A stretch of 64,000 nt of DNA from Promethearchaeota archaeon (GCA_048938105.1 JBHLMN010000018.1:64001-128000), one strand, 5' to 3'. Shown: positions 29,787-40,322, counted from the first letter of the stretch. Numbers and translations: made by a program. Notes: generated by a model not told the origin, from the letters alone.

Positions 29787-30434
29787 TTGAGACGAATTCC
29801 CGTGAAAGAACTATCTCGCGGTGTCTTAATTGTTTTCGAGGGCATCGATGGATCTGGGAAGACCACACAAATCGAGAAAATAGCTCACCGGTTACGAAAA
29901 CACACATATCCAGTCACAATAACTCACGAACCCAATCATAATTCCAAATGGGGACAATTAATTCAAAAAAAGGTGAAAAAGCATCGGGAGGAAGTGACTC
30001 CTGAAAAAGAGCTCGACTGGTATTTGAAAGACCGGGAATGGGATCTTCACCAAAATATCCTTCCAGCATTAGATAAAAAACACATTGTTTTAGTTGATCG
30101 TTATTATTTGTCAAATGCAGCATACCAAGGGGCTCTCAACATCTTTAGTCCTGAGTATGTCCTCCAAAAGAATTCTTTTGCACGGAAACCAGATTTGTGG
30201 ATCCTTTTAGACGTAGCAGTTGAGATTGGCCAATCCCGAATCCGACAACGTGATAAACAAAATGAAGATCAGCTAGAGCAAGCTGATTACCAAGAAAAAG
30301 TAAGACAGAATTACAGACAATTGGCAACTATGAATATTGGGGGAAAAATTGAGTGGGTAGATGCCAGTGGTGAGGAAGATGAACTAACTCAAATCCTTGA
30401 AAAGATAATTCTGGATTTCTTGAAAGATATTTAA
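29787..30434 (+). CDS. tmk: thymidylate (dTMP) kinase
   Basis: LIVFEGIDGSGKTTQ, THEP, LVDRYYLSNAAYQG, KPDLWILLD. Confidence 0.93.
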   Translation: MRRIPVKELSRGVLIVFEGIDGSGKTTQIEKIAHRLRKHTYPVTITHEPNHNSKWGQLIQKKVKKHREEVTPEKELDWYLKDREWDLHQNILPALDKKHIVLVDRYYLSNAAYQGALNIFSPEYVLQKNSFARKPDLWILLDVAVEIGQSRIRQRDKQNEDQLEQADYQEKVRQNYRQLATMNIGGKIEWVDASGEEDELTQILEKIILDFLKDI

Positions 30435-30437
30435 AAT

Positions 30438-30905
30438 CTACTTCCGAACAAGTTCTTTAGAAGCGTTTAAATAATGCTGTAAGTGAGTAATAGTGGTTTG
30501 GCGGAAAGCTTCAATTCTCTCCTTTCCTTCTGCGGTATCATACATGGCACTCGCTTGTTGTTGGATTTTAATGTCACGGATAAGTGAATTAAGGTCATTA
30601 AGTAATTTTTCATCCTTATCAAAAGCCATGTTTCTGATACGTACCAAAAGAGACAGTGCATCTGTGAATCGAAGGTCATAGACCAATATAAGAGCTCGTA
30701 TGAATAGACTCTGGGTTATTACTGTATTAGCGTTTGGGCCACTGTGCTCGATTCTCTTTAGAAACTGCATGGCGGTGTGAACCTGTCCTTCCTCGAGATA
30801 AGACTTAGCTAACATGAAATTTCTGAAATCGGATAACTCCATGACATTCTGTAAAGCATTTTCTATTCGCTGAAGGGTAAGTCGAATTTCGGAATCAAGT
30901 ACCAT
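30438..30905 (-). CDS. hypothetical alpha-helical (TPR-like) protein
   Basis: 155-aa ORF convergent with tmk; amphipathic helix pattern (LAKSYLEEGQVHTAMQFL). Confidence 0.55.
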   Translation of the reverse strand: MVLDSEIRLTLQRIENALQNVMELSDFRNFMLAKSYLEEGQVHTAMQFLKRIEHSGPNANTVITQSLFIRALILVYDLRFTDALSLLVRIRNMAFDKDEKLLNDLNSLIRDIKIQQQASAMYDTAEGKERIEAFRQTTITHLQHYLNASKELVRK

Positions 30906-31176
30906 AGCTTGTCACTTTTCGTCATTTACCTCATATTTTACCTTGAATAAAAAGATTTGTATCAAAAAAAAGGACATTATCTATCATTTTAAGGATTTTT
31001 TCCCATTATTCATTATCATAAGAACTCTGAACTTATTTCTAGAGACTTATTAGATTGAGAGGAGATATAATATGGATCTAGTAGGGTAGAACTTGAAATA
31101 ACCCATCAAAATTTGATCTTGGTGATTCAACTCTCACATGAGAATTAAAAATCTCTCATATGAGTCAATAATCTTT

Positions 31177-31455
31177 CTATCTGACCCGTTTAATAATATG
31201 ATATCCAAATTTCGTTTTTACTGGGATTTGTGTTATTTGGTTTTTCTGTAATGCAAAGGCTGCCTTCTCAAATTCCCTTACCATCGCCCCACGGCCAAAT
31301 TCACCTAAATTACCTCCTTTTTTTCTGCTAGGACAAGTGGAATATTCCTTGGCAAGGTCTTCAAATCGTTTTCCAGCATTAATCTGTTCAATTAGATCCT
31401 CCGCGAGTACTTTCTTATCTACTAAGATATGTTTAGCAGTAATCTTGTTTGGCAT
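31177..31455 (-). CDS. ppiC: parvulin-type peptidyl-prolyl cis-trans isomerase (single domain)
   Basis: AKHILV, FEDLAKEYSTCPS..GGNLG.F.RG.MV.EFEKAAF, PVKTKFGYHII; GGTGA SD upstream. Confidence 0.93.
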   Translation of the reverse strand: MPNKITAKHILVDKKVLAEDLIEQINAGKRFEDLAKEYSTCPSRKKGGNLGEFGRGAMVREFEKAAFALQKNQITQIPVKTKFGYHIIKRVR

Positions 31456-31594
31456 ATTTTTTCACCGTATAGTGGACAAATAAATTCATGATTTTCAAGA
31501 TTTCGGAGAAGAAAAGGTAGTTATTATTTAGTGACTATCTAGAAACGATTCAAAGGTTTGTAGGATAAAATGAAATCATATTATAGTTCTATAA

Positions 31595-34500
31595 TCACCC
31601 GTATAATTTGGTCCAATCATAAGTTTGATTCGTAATCCAAGTGCGGTTCACAAAGAGATGCATTGTATACCAACTGGTCAAACCCACTACATCGTCGACA
31701 CAAACCAAATGTTCATTAGTGGTGAACCATTTATATGCTTCTGGATAGGCAATAGCATACGGTGGAACATCATGATGTTCAGAGTTATTGATAATCACCC
31801 AAAACCTAATATTTTTATGCTGCTGATAATATAATTCCATTTGAAGCGAAGAATTATGGGAAAATGGGATATTGTAATAACGATTATTAGAATTACTATC
31901 TTCAATTTCGTATCCCAAGTAATATCGCATGGCGAATTGCGATCCAGCATCAGGAATAACCCATGTACTATAGTTATAATCACCTCCATGATTTTTAATA
32001 TAAATCGCTGATTCTTGAAATCGAAGGTCAAAGATTTGGTTGACATGGATTAGTACGGAAACATTAATCAACATAGCTGATAATGTTAACCCCAAAAAGA
32101 TGAATGCTTGTGGTTTCACCTTAGGTTTTAACCAATACAGACCAAAAATTAGTAATATTAACCCAACAATGGTAGCTATAGGAGCCCCATGTTCAACCAC
32201 ATCTAGAACCCAACTAAGATCCATAGATAATATGGTTTCAAGCAAATCATGAAAAATGGTATTATACAATATTTGCAAACCATTATATTTGAACCAAGAC
32301 TCTATGAAAAAGTCATATGCGAACCCAACTGCTATAATGCCAGGGAAGGTCTTTAAGTATCGGAATGTTATGAATGTAAAGGGGATGAGATAAATAGCAC
32401 TAATAAAGAGAAGAAATCCTAGATCTAATGCAATAACTTGGTCTATAAGAACAGATAGCTCTGTTCCTGCTAAAAAAGCAAAAGGAATGTTTACTAAATC
32501 CGAAACAGGGGTAATTAGATATTCAAAAGCAAAGGTAATGTAAAATATAAATCCTGCTAATAATCGTTCTACATTGTCAACCACAGTCATTCTCCATTGG
32601 TCATTAGAATAAATAAATTCAAATCCTTTTGCAGCGATAGCAAGATATGGAATGGCTAGTGGAATATAATAATAATTGAGCTGGAATTGAGCTGGGAAGA
32701 ATACAAAAGGAATAGTAATCAACCAGGCTAGAAGTGCAGAACCAAGAGCAGGATTGCGTTTACTTGAAAAGAAAAATGCAACAATACCTATAATAAAGAA
32801 TGGTAGCATAACTACTAAGGCATAATCGTTGATAGCACTACCAACACTTTTGGGTAAATCACCTGATTTGGTGGCATGAGTAAACCTCCAACCAATGTAA
32901 TACTCGAAGAAGAGAAAAGTGTAAGTTACAGGATTAGGCCTCTTTGGATCTGAATACAATTCTCCTGGGGTGCGAACAACCCAGGGAAAAGTTCCATTAG
33001 CGATATTCGTATCTAAATATTGAACCCAAGCAACAAAAGGCCAAAAACTAAAAATGATGAGAAGGATAGCAATTACTAGAAATAAAAGATGATTTGAGAA
33101 AGTAGACAATTCTTTAGGCGATCTTAAATGAGCATTTAGTTTGAAATGCTCTATGAAGATATTCTTAATTTTTGGATAAGCAATCACTAAAGGAGTTAGT
33201 ATTACAGTAATAATAGCACCAAAAAGGGTTATTAAAGAGGCATCCACACCATCCCGCCCCATAATGAGAAGTCCGACAAACCATACTCCTAATCCTCCAC
33301 CAAGAATTACCAGCGGAAGTAAATCTATTCCTTCATAAATCACCCTTAGGAATTTTGACTTACGATTAAACAGGTCTAAGAGAATTCCAGAAAGAAAAAA
33401 GACCGTTCCAAAGGTTAGAATGAGTCCGAAAATTGAAGCGACCATTTCGAGTAAAAGTAGAGCCAGCATTTCATTTGAAAAGAATTCAGAGAGGGGTTCA
33501 GAGATAAACTCAATAGGAATTAACTGAATCAAAAGATCAATTGAAAAGATATCCTCACTCCCTAAAGCATCTGCAAAAATAATAAAAGATTCCTCCAATC
33601 TGTCGTAAAAAATTCTGATAAATAAGGCTCCTATAAACCCAGCAATATACCCAGCAACCACACCTGTAATCAAACCTTCCGATTGTAATTGACTTTTTTG
33701 TTTCACACAAGATCGAAAAAATACAATGTAAAAGCCGACGGCCGCTCCTAAAGCTAAAATTATACTAGAGACAACTAATTGGTCAGTGAGAAACGCCCCA
33801 AAGAATGAACTAACACTAACAACAATAGCAACAATAAAAGGAAAGGGGATTCCGTTTTCAACATATTCAGACTGAATTAACAAATAAGGTTCCATATCCT
33901 TGCGAGAAATAGTAAACCGTTCAGAAATCTCTTGCCAGATAGCACGTAAATCATCAACATTAATATGACGCTCGAGGTATCGAAATAGTAAATATACAAC
34001 AATTGCGGGATAGGTAAGAATACCTTGCCAAGCTTTCGTTAAAATATTCAAGATATTTACTACAATTGTAAGAAAAAGCAATAAATACCCTTTAAGGAGA
34101 TTATTTTCAATAAAAATTGCATCAATAGCTCTTATTCCTAACAACATCACTAAAGCAGCCATAAAAACTACAAAGGAGTCGATATACGCAGTTCTCGAAT
34201 AAAATGTGAGAAAATGAGCTAAAGCAACAAGTAAACCAGCAACAATAGCTGCACTTTTATTCTCCAATTGATGACTATAGAGAAAATAAATTATCAACGC
34301 TAATCCTGCGCCACCTAAAATAACAATACCCTTGGCAGCGAACGTAGTTCTACCAAATATGATCATGAGCAATGCTCCGCCCCAAAAAGCAACAGGAGGC
34401 TTATCAAAAAATAATAATTCATTATTATTTCCAGTATAATACATGGGTAAGAATGGGTCGGATAACCCATCAGCCATTCGACTTGCAATGGCAGTAAACC

Positions 34501-34681
34501 ACCCTTCATCCCACATATCGGTGCTGTGAATAAAGGCCACCTTGACCCAGAATGCGAGTAAACCTATCACTACAATAAATCGAAATTGGACAATAATTGC
34601 CCAAACTTTCTTTATATAGCATAAAAAATTTGATGAGGGTTCTAAGGAATCTGTTACTTCTTCTTCTGACGCCATTGTCAT
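31595..34681 (-). CDS. very large ArnT/PMT-like (GT-C) glycosyltransferase
   Basis: WDEGWF, FFDKPPVAFW, LTKAWQG, YYYIPLAIP; many TM helices. Start placed at MTMASEEE (34681) because the track's 64-aa extension overlaps the divergent GIY-YIG gene. Confidence 0.78.
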   Translation of the reverse strand: MTMASEEEVTDSLEPSSNFLCYIKKVWAIIVQFRFIVVIGLLAFWVKVAFIHSTDMWDEGWFTAIASRMADGLSDPFLPMYYTGNNNELLFFDKPPVAFWGGALLMIIFGRTTFAAKGIVILGGAGLALIIYFLYSHQLENKSAAIVAGLLVALAHFLTFYSRTAYIDSFVVFMAALVMLLGIRAIDAIFIENNLLKGYLLLFLTIVVNILNILTKAWQGILTYPAIVVYLLFRYLERHINVDDLRAIWQEISERFTISRKDMEPYLLIQSEYVENGIPFPFIVAIVVSVSSFFGAFLTDQLVVSSIILALGAAVGFYIVFFRSCVKQKSQLQSEGLITGVVAGYIAGFIGALFIRIFYDRLEESFIIFADALGSEDIFSIDLLIQLIPIEFISEPLSEFFSNEMLALLLLEMVASIFGLILTFGTVFFLSGILLDLFNRKSKFLRVIYEGIDLLPLVILGGGLGVWFVGLLIMGRDGVDASLITLFGAIITVILTPLVIAYPKIKNIFIEHFKLNAHLRSPKELSTFSNHLLFLVIAILLIIFSFWPFVAWVQYLDTNIANGTFPWVVRTPGELYSDPKRPNPVTYTFLFFEYYIGWRFTHATKSGDLPKSVGSAINDYALVVMLPFFIIGIVAFFFSSKRNPALGSALLAWLITIPFVFFPAQFQLNYYYIPLAIPYLAIAAKGFEFIYSNDQWRMTVVDNVERLLAGFIFYITFAFEYLITPVSDLVNIPFAFLAGTELSVLIDQVIALDLGFLLFISAIYLIPFTFITFRYLKTFPGIIAVGFAYDFFIESWFKYNGLQILYNTIFHDLLETILSMDLSWVLDVVEHGAPIATIVGLILLIFGLYWLKPKVKPQAFIFLGLTLSAMLINVSVLIHVNQIFDLRFQESAIYIKNHGGDYNYSTWVIPDAGSQFAMRYYLGYEIEDSNSNNRYYNIPFSHNSSLQMELYYQQHKNIRFWVIINNSEHHDVPPYAIAYPEAYKWFTTNEHLVCVDDVVGLTSWYTMHLFVNRTWITNQTYDWTKLYG

Positions 34682-34756
34682 CTGTCCTTCCAAGAAGAAA
34701 GAGACATTTAAGTTACTTGCTAGATTATTTACTAAAAGAAATACTCGAAAATAGAA

Positions 34757-35182
34757 GTGAAATCTATGCCTTTCTGGGTCTATATGCTCTTCGTTGGAGA
34801 TCAATCTCATGGGTTCAATCGAAAAATTTATACTGGCTCTACAGGTCGCATAACGACGCGAATAGTACAACATTGTGGATTGACTACCACCAAAGGGGCA
34901 CGACTTACCCGACGACAGCCAATAGAACTTGTTTATTTGGAAAAGTATTCATCACGCAAGAATGCGATGAAACGTGAATACCAACTCAAACATGAGAGTC
35001 CTTTTAATCAAAAAAAACACAAACTCATGCTTATTAGAGAATTTAAACTTAAAAATGGTCAGATTTTACAGGAATTAAATAATAAACTTATAGAACACTT
35101 TGAATTTCTAGCTAGCCTTATTAAAATGATGAAAAGTGTTGAAAAACGGCTTATTAATGAAATAGATATTGCCTCATCATGA
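34757..35182 (+). CDS. GIY-YIG nuclease (UPF0213/Slx1-like)
   Basis: FWVYML...IYTGSTG...RIVQH...KGARLTR...LVYLE...AMKREYQLK. Confidence 0.85.
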   Translation: MKSMPFWVYMLFVGDQSHGFNRKIYTGSTGRITTRIVQHCGLTTTKGARLTRRQPIELVYLEKYSSRKNAMKREYQLKHESPFNQKKHKLMLIREFKLKNGQILQELNNKLIEHFEFLASLIKMMKSVEKRLINEIDIASS

Positions 35183-35305
35183 GGATAGGAATATTTTACA
35201 TAATTGATAGAACTCTAAATAAAACATACGAGGTGAAATTAAGTTAGCTTTAAGAAAATAAAATTGAGAGGAACATCCTCTGAAGTTAGGAAGTGAAACT
35301 GCGTT

Positions 35306-36781
35306 ATGATAAATGAACTCTTATTGATTCTTTTTTTGCTTATTATTCTAACAATCGTTATAATGCGACGAATGGAAATTGTGCCATGCTTAATATTTTG
35401 GTTGATGGCAAGGGATATCACAAGTGAGGACGATTCTTCTCTAATTACTCCTGATCTCGGATTATCTGTAGAATTTGTTGAAATTCCAACAAAAGAAAGA
35501 CCATTAACTGCATTGTACTTTCCCAGCAAAATCGCTTCTACTGCAGGCATTTTAATGATCCCAAATTGGTTTCAAAAAGAAGATCAGAAAAATAGTCTCA
35601 AAGTTGCCAATATTTTGCATACAATTGGATTTAACATCTTACTTCCTCTTTATCACTGGGATTTGGATGAAAGACATGAATTAGTATTTCAAAAAAGAAG
35701 TGTATGTCCAAAAGAGTATCAAGGAGTAATTGAGGAGGCTTATGAATATTTTATCACCCGATCTGAAATTAATAAACGAAGCGTCGGGATTTGGAGTAAC
35801 GCTACTGGTACAATTCTCGCTTGTCAGCTTGTAAAGAATTCCCCTATCAAAGCAGTTGTTTTAGAGGATGGCCCAGTAAGCCTCTGGAACAATGTCGCAG
35901 CAATGTTACAGGAAAAGAGGTTTCTAAAACATCTCACCAAATTTGTTATAATTCCAATATTATTTCCCTTCCTTTGGCGAACTAGGTGGCAAAGTAACAA
36001 CGCAGTTAAAGATCTTAGAGCATGTCCAAGTTTCCTTATAGCCATACGTGAGGATCCTCGCAAGAAGTTGTGGCAAACATATACTAAGCTTTTTTCCAGT
36101 CAGTTATGGTATGAACATGCTTTGCACCCTAAAGACATTAGTGATACTTGGATTCAAGAATATTTTATGCAGGTACGAAATTTTTATGAGTACTGGTTAC
36201 TCGAGCAAACATCACAGCAACCAGAGTTCCATTACGATTTTTCGGTAGAACGTAAGAAAAAAGGTAAATTTCCAGTAGAAGTTCGAGTTTCAGCTATTCC
36301 TCCACAATTAGACGATGTTCCCCTTCAAATCATACTTTCTGATGGTGTTCGCTTTAATGAACTCCGCATATGGTTTAGTGGCGCAACGAGGACAATTACT
36401 TATTCATTAGATTTTAAACCAAATAATATGTCTGCCATTCAATTCACAAATGTTGAACTAAAAAAACATACTCAACATCAAAAGACACGCTGGATCAAAA
36501 GAGATGCTGAAAAAGCATTATTTACGACAATTGAGAAGATAATCAATTCTCCTCCTAATAAAATTACTGAACAAATGGATCGTTATTTCTTCCTAAAAAG
36601 TATATTGTTAAATGAACAACAACTTCAAGAAGAGGCCCGAGAAACCTTAAAAACATCGATAACGTCTAATTATTGGAAAACTCTTGTGAGTAGAGAAGCT
36701 GATACGCGAATGATCGCTCAAGAAGATATTGATTCTCTAATTTCGATATCGAGCCCCGAAAGTGCCTTTCTGAGAGGCTAA
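35306..36781 (+). CDS. membrane-anchored alpha/beta-hydrolase-fold protein (nucleophile motif degenerate) with C-terminal domain
   Basis: N-terminal TM; hydrolase-like spacing (LTALYFP...GFNILL...SVGIWSNATG...IKAVVLEDG) but no GxSxG. Confidence 0.55.
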   Translation: MINELLLILFLLIILTIVIMRRMEIVPCLIFWLMARDITSEDDSSLITPDLGLSVEFVEIPTKERPLTALYFPSKIASTAGILMIPNWFQKEDQKNSLKVANILHTIGFNILLPLYHWDLDERHELVFQKRSVCPKEYQGVIEEAYEYFITRSEINKRSVGIWSNATGTILACQLVKNSPIKAVVLEDGPVSLWNNVAAMLQEKRFLKHLTKFVIIPILFPFLWRTRWQSNNAVKDLRACPSFLIAIREDPRKKLWQTYTKLFSSQLWYEHALHPKDISDTWIQEYFMQVRNFYEYWLLEQTSQQPEFHYDFSVERKKKGKFPVEVRVSAIPPQLDDVPLQIILSDGVRFNELRIWFSGATRTITYSLDFKPNNMSAIQFTNVELKKHTQHQKTRWIKRDAEKALFTTIEKIINSPPNKITEQMDRYFFLKSILLNEQQLQEEARETLKTSITSNYWKTLVSREADTRMIAQEDIDSLISISSPESAFLRG

Positions 36782-36847
36782 GCTTTTATCAGAGTTTTTC
36801 GCTTGAAAAAGAGTAAGATGAGACATTCGTACGATATAGGTTTGTAA

Positions 36848-37147
36848 CTAGGGATTCCTGATATGATTACCTTTAACTGGAACTTCTTTATAAATAGGAA
36901 ACTGACACGCATCACAAAAAGGTTCTTCTTGTATCAGTAATGTACAAAAGTAAGCTGATCTCTTTTCCACATCCCTGGTAAAGTGAAGACATTCTATATT
37001 GTAGTTTTTCCGTTCAACTTCATCAAAATCTCCAACTTCCCCTTGAATATATTCTCCACACTTGGGAGGACATGCTTTTATCCAATCTTTGAATTTAAGA
37101 CAATACCCCACTTTTCCTCCAAGCAAAAAAACACAGTTTCGAAACAT
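36848..37147 (-). CDS. small Cys-rich protein (paralog of 49470..49754)
   Basis: 8 Cys; YCL..K.W...CP..C..YIQG...NY..ECLH...YFC....EP.CxxC pattern shared with 49470..49754. Confidence 0.75.
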   Translation of the reverse strand: MFRNCVFLLGGKVGYCLKFKDWIKACPPKCGEYIQGEVGDFDEVERKNYNIECLHFTRDVEKRSAYFCTLLIQEEPFCDACQFPIYKEVPVKGNHIRNP

Positions 37148-37446
37148 ATGTGTGGAACCCTTCTACATAGTATGATTACTGACTGACTATTAAATACTCA
37201 CAATTATTAATGAAATTGATTAGCAGAAGACTTGACATATCCTGATTTATTGAATGAAATATTAACAAGAATATACCGTAAATACTTAATCCCCTTGAGA
37301 TACTCAAGATAATCTAACAATCTTTCTGATGGTATCTGAGAAACCATTATTATCTGGATTCAAGGTGATTTTTTCTTATTTGAAGCTTCTGTACCTCAAT
37401 TAGAACATTGATCTGAAAAACTATTCATCTTGCCAATAATCATAAA

Positions 37447-37454
37447 TTTAAATA
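37447..37454 (+). promoter_or_regulatory. putative archaeal TATA box for the DUF3795-like gene
   Basis: TTTAAATA about 40 nt upstream of the start. Confidence 0.35.
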
Positions 37455-37490
37455 CCCTAAAATCATATTATCAAAGAAATTGAAAGAGGT

Positions 37491-37838
37491 TTGTTAATGA
37501 CAGAAATGATTGCTTATTGTGGATTAAATTGCGAACAGTGTCCCGCGTTCATTGCGAAACAGACGGATGATCAAGCACTCAGGGAAAAAACAGCAAAAGA
37601 GTGGTCAGGAGGAGGATTTGTGGTTACAGCGGATCAAATTAACTGTGATGGGTGCCATGCTCGTGAGAACACCTTCGTTTATTGCACACAATGTGCTGTA
37701 CGAAATTGTGGTATTGAGAAAGGACTAACCACTTGTGCTGACTGCAGTGATTATCCCTATACAGATAAATTAGAAACCTTATGGAAGCAATTCAGCATTC
37801 CTCATGCAAAAGAAACATTAGATAAACTCCGTAATTAA
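37491..37838 (+). CDS. DUF3795-like Cys-rich protein
   Basis: IAYCGLNCEQCPAF...CDGC...CTQCAVRNC..EKG...CADC.DYP. Confidence 0.8.
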   Translation: MLMTEMIAYCGLNCEQCPAFIAKQTDDQALREKTAKEWSGGGFVVTADQINCDGCHARENTFVYCTQCAVRNCGIEKGLTTCADCSDYPYTDKLETLWKQFSIPHAKETLDKLRN

Positions 37839-37891
37839 AATAAACTACAAAAAGAGGTTATCAATAATCACTTCCCCTTTCTCAGCTGAAT

Positions 37892-38023
37892 TTAATGTAT
37901 AGGATCATCTTTTCTTTTTTCTTCCACGGAATGTTGGAATAGGAATCCACAATTAGAACAATGACTACTTGTACTAAGATTACTGAAATTACGCTGTGGA
38001 CAAATCTTTGGCACTTCGGATAC
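37892..38023 (-). pseudogene. possible remnant of a zinc-ribbon C-terminus
   Basis: Manual translation VSEVPKICPQRNFSNLSTSSHCSNCGFLF...*: CPxC degenerate (C>R) plus CxNCG; no convincing start, stop immediately upstream. Confidence 0.3.
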
Positions 38024-38112
38024 TTACTTGGAAATGAAACTAGGTTTTAGAAAATATCATTTATCTTCAAATTAATCATTAGGAGAAAAAATAGAGAAGA
38101 GGGAGGAAAAAA

Positions 38113-39960
38113 TCAATTCTTTTTCCTCTTCTGTTTGTAGATCAACACTGGTACTACTATTAGCAGTGTGGTTAGGAATGAAAATCCTGGAATTGTGGGC
38201 GCTGATTCAGAAGTTGTTGTAGAGGTTTCAGAGCTAGTTGAGGAAGTTGTACTGGATGTTTGTACCTCAAATTCCACATCTGGTTGCCAAAACAGCACGC
38301 TCGATCGATATCTTATGTTATTATCAGGTGACCAGTCCATTCTAAGTAGTATTTCAGTAGTTACAGTCTTGCTTGCGGTGAAAGTACAGGAAAATGTGAT
38401 TATTTCATTTGAACTGATTTTAGATGCCTGATCTGGTATAATGCAAACTGTGAAATTCCGTCTATTCTCTTCATAATAAACGTCATATTCGAAAGTTTCC
38501 TCATAGTCTACATTAACAGTCTCTCCATTTATTTTGAAATCAGATGCATCAATATTTTGAGCCTCATAAGCAAGTCGGAAGCTCGGACTTGGGTGATTTC
38601 GAAGAACTGTACCTAGACCGAACGCAGCAATTTCATTATTCACCATATAGAGAGCATGTGTTTCACTACCAAGTTGGAAGAGTTTAGATTTCCCATCAAT
38701 AAAAAAGGTTAGATTATACCATGGAGATTGAGGTTGATCAAGGATTGAATGAACGTGAACACCGTTAATGATGGCGTCTAGTGGACGGTTTGCACTAGCC
38801 TCATGACTAACATCAAATGTATCCTCCTTATCACCATCACCATTGATATCGTAGTCCGTAATGCTCTCGTCAAGAGTTCCTTTACCGTTGTCTAATGAAA
38901 ATTCGTAATAGAGATTTTCCCAGATGACTGGAACTTTTGCAACCGTTGTTGCTGGAGCACCAATGTTTTTTATAGTTGAAGTTAATTGTTTCTTATCTGT
39001 GTCAAGTGATGTAATATCAGAATCAACAGGGATGAAATAAGGCCGATTGATCGCCTCCAAGGATACGTCTGGTTGGTGAAAAGGAATCCAGCGGTATCTA
39101 TTATTATTATTTGGTGACCAGTTTGTCAAGAGAAATACATCACAAGTTTTGGTGTCATGTGCAATTATCGTACAAGAAAACTCGATCTGTTCATCTGTTT
39201 CGATTGCTGCTTGGTTAGGAATGATAAGACCTGTATAAACACGTAGAATCCCATCTACTCCCACCTCTACAAGAATGCTAGTGTAGTCTACTTCAACTTC
39301 TTCTCCATTAATTTCTATGTCCATAACGCTTACATTAGAGACCACCAAAAATTCAAAGTTAGGACTGGGATGATTTAAAACAAAAGCATCGAATCCAAAA
39401 TATGCATCGTCATTGCAAGCATAATAGAGAGAATGAGTCTTACTACCAATTTGGAATAACTTTGTCTCGCCATCAATAGAATATGTTCTATTAAATCCAC
39501 GATTTACAGAGTGATCACAGAACGCGTAAACGTAAACACCGTCAATTTCCGCATCCCATGGACGGATAGTATTATTCCACTCGACAGAAAATGTATCATC
39601 TTTGTCACCATCACCGTTAATGTCATAATCCGCGATACCTTCATCTAAAGACCCCATACCGTTATCAAGTGATAATCCATATGCATGTTTTTCCCATGGG
39701 ATTGGAACTGTGCCTGTTGTTGCAGGATCACCAGTGTTTTGGACTGTTGCAGTGAATCTGTAAATCCCTTGTTGGTCTTCTCTTAAGGATGAATCTATTA
39801 AACTGAAATCTACTTGGTGTAGTGACTTTAATTTCCCTGGATATGGATTGACACTCCCAACGCTCAAGAAAAACAATATTAATCCTAAAAGGACAAGTAT
39901 AGCTCGTTTCATAATTATATCCTCAAGAATAGAAAACTTACATTTTGCAAAAATTATCAT
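38113..39960 (-). CDS. surface protein with two ~270-aa repeats carrying DxNGDGD Ca-binding-like loops, PGF-CTERM-type anchor
   Basis: SLDNG.G.LDE.I.DYDINGDGDK.DTF twice, NHPSP.F and WSP.NN.RYR twice; Ser/Thr linker, IPGF + TM + KQKRKK. Confidence 0.82.
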   Translation of the reverse strand: MIIFAKCKFSILEDIIMKRAILVLLGLILFFLSVGSVNPYPGKLKSLHQVDFSLIDSSLREDQQGIYRFTATVQNTGDPATTGTVPIPWEKHAYGLSLDNGMGSLDEGIADYDINGDGDKDDTFSVEWNNTIRPWDAEIDGVYVYAFCDHSVNRGFNRTYSIDGETKLFQIGSKTHSLYYACNDDAYFGFDAFVLNHPSPNFEFLVVSNVSVMDIEINGEEVEVDYTSILVEVGVDGILRVYTGLIIPNQAAIETDEQIEFSCTIIAHDTKTCDVFLLTNWSPNNNNRYRWIPFHQPDVSLEAINRPYFIPVDSDITSLDTDKKQLTSTIKNIGAPATTVAKVPVIWENLYYEFSLDNGKGTLDESITDYDINGDGDKEDTFDVSHEASANRPLDAIINGVHVHSILDQPQSPWYNLTFFIDGKSKLFQLGSETHALYMVNNEIAAFGLGTVLRNHPSPSFRLAYEAQNIDASDFKINGETVNVDYEETFEYDVYYEENRRNFTVCIIPDQASKISSNEIITFSCTFTASKTVTTEILLRMDWSPDNNIRYRSSVLFWQPDVEFEVQTSSTTSSTSSETSTTTSESAPTIPGFSFLTTLLIVVPVLIYKQKRKKN

Positions 39961-40322
39961 GTTATATAAACTTTTCGTAAAAAATTATAATTCTCTAAAG
40001 ATATCAATTTCATCCTTATGCCTTCTTTGCATTTTCAATCAGAAATCTGTTCGCAAGCTCAGTGAGTAATTCAATTGGAAGCTTCTCTGTATTCATAATT
40101 ATCTGGAAATCTTTGAGAACTTCCTCTTTATCTCGAGTTAGCTGAAAATCCTCCAGAGCTGATCCAAAATATATTCCTTTTTACACCAAACACCATTGAG
40201 AGTAAATTTTTCATAATAAAAAGTGGTGTTATGCCTGGTTTAATTACTTGAGAAAATCTTACTTCTATATTTGGCAATTTAGGTTATCTATGTTTTCTTA
40301 TCTGTGTTTATAGGGAACTTTA

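Noticed and set aside
34682-34873. 64-aa N-terminal extension of the 1092-aa ORF
   Set aside because: Overlaps the divergent GIY-YIG gene, has non-protein-like composition, and a better start with a purine-rich SD exists at 34681.
34757-35182. Homing endonuclease / mobile intron
   Set aside because: Short stand-alone UPF0213/Slx1-like GIY-YIG with no interrupted host gene or DNA-binding extension.
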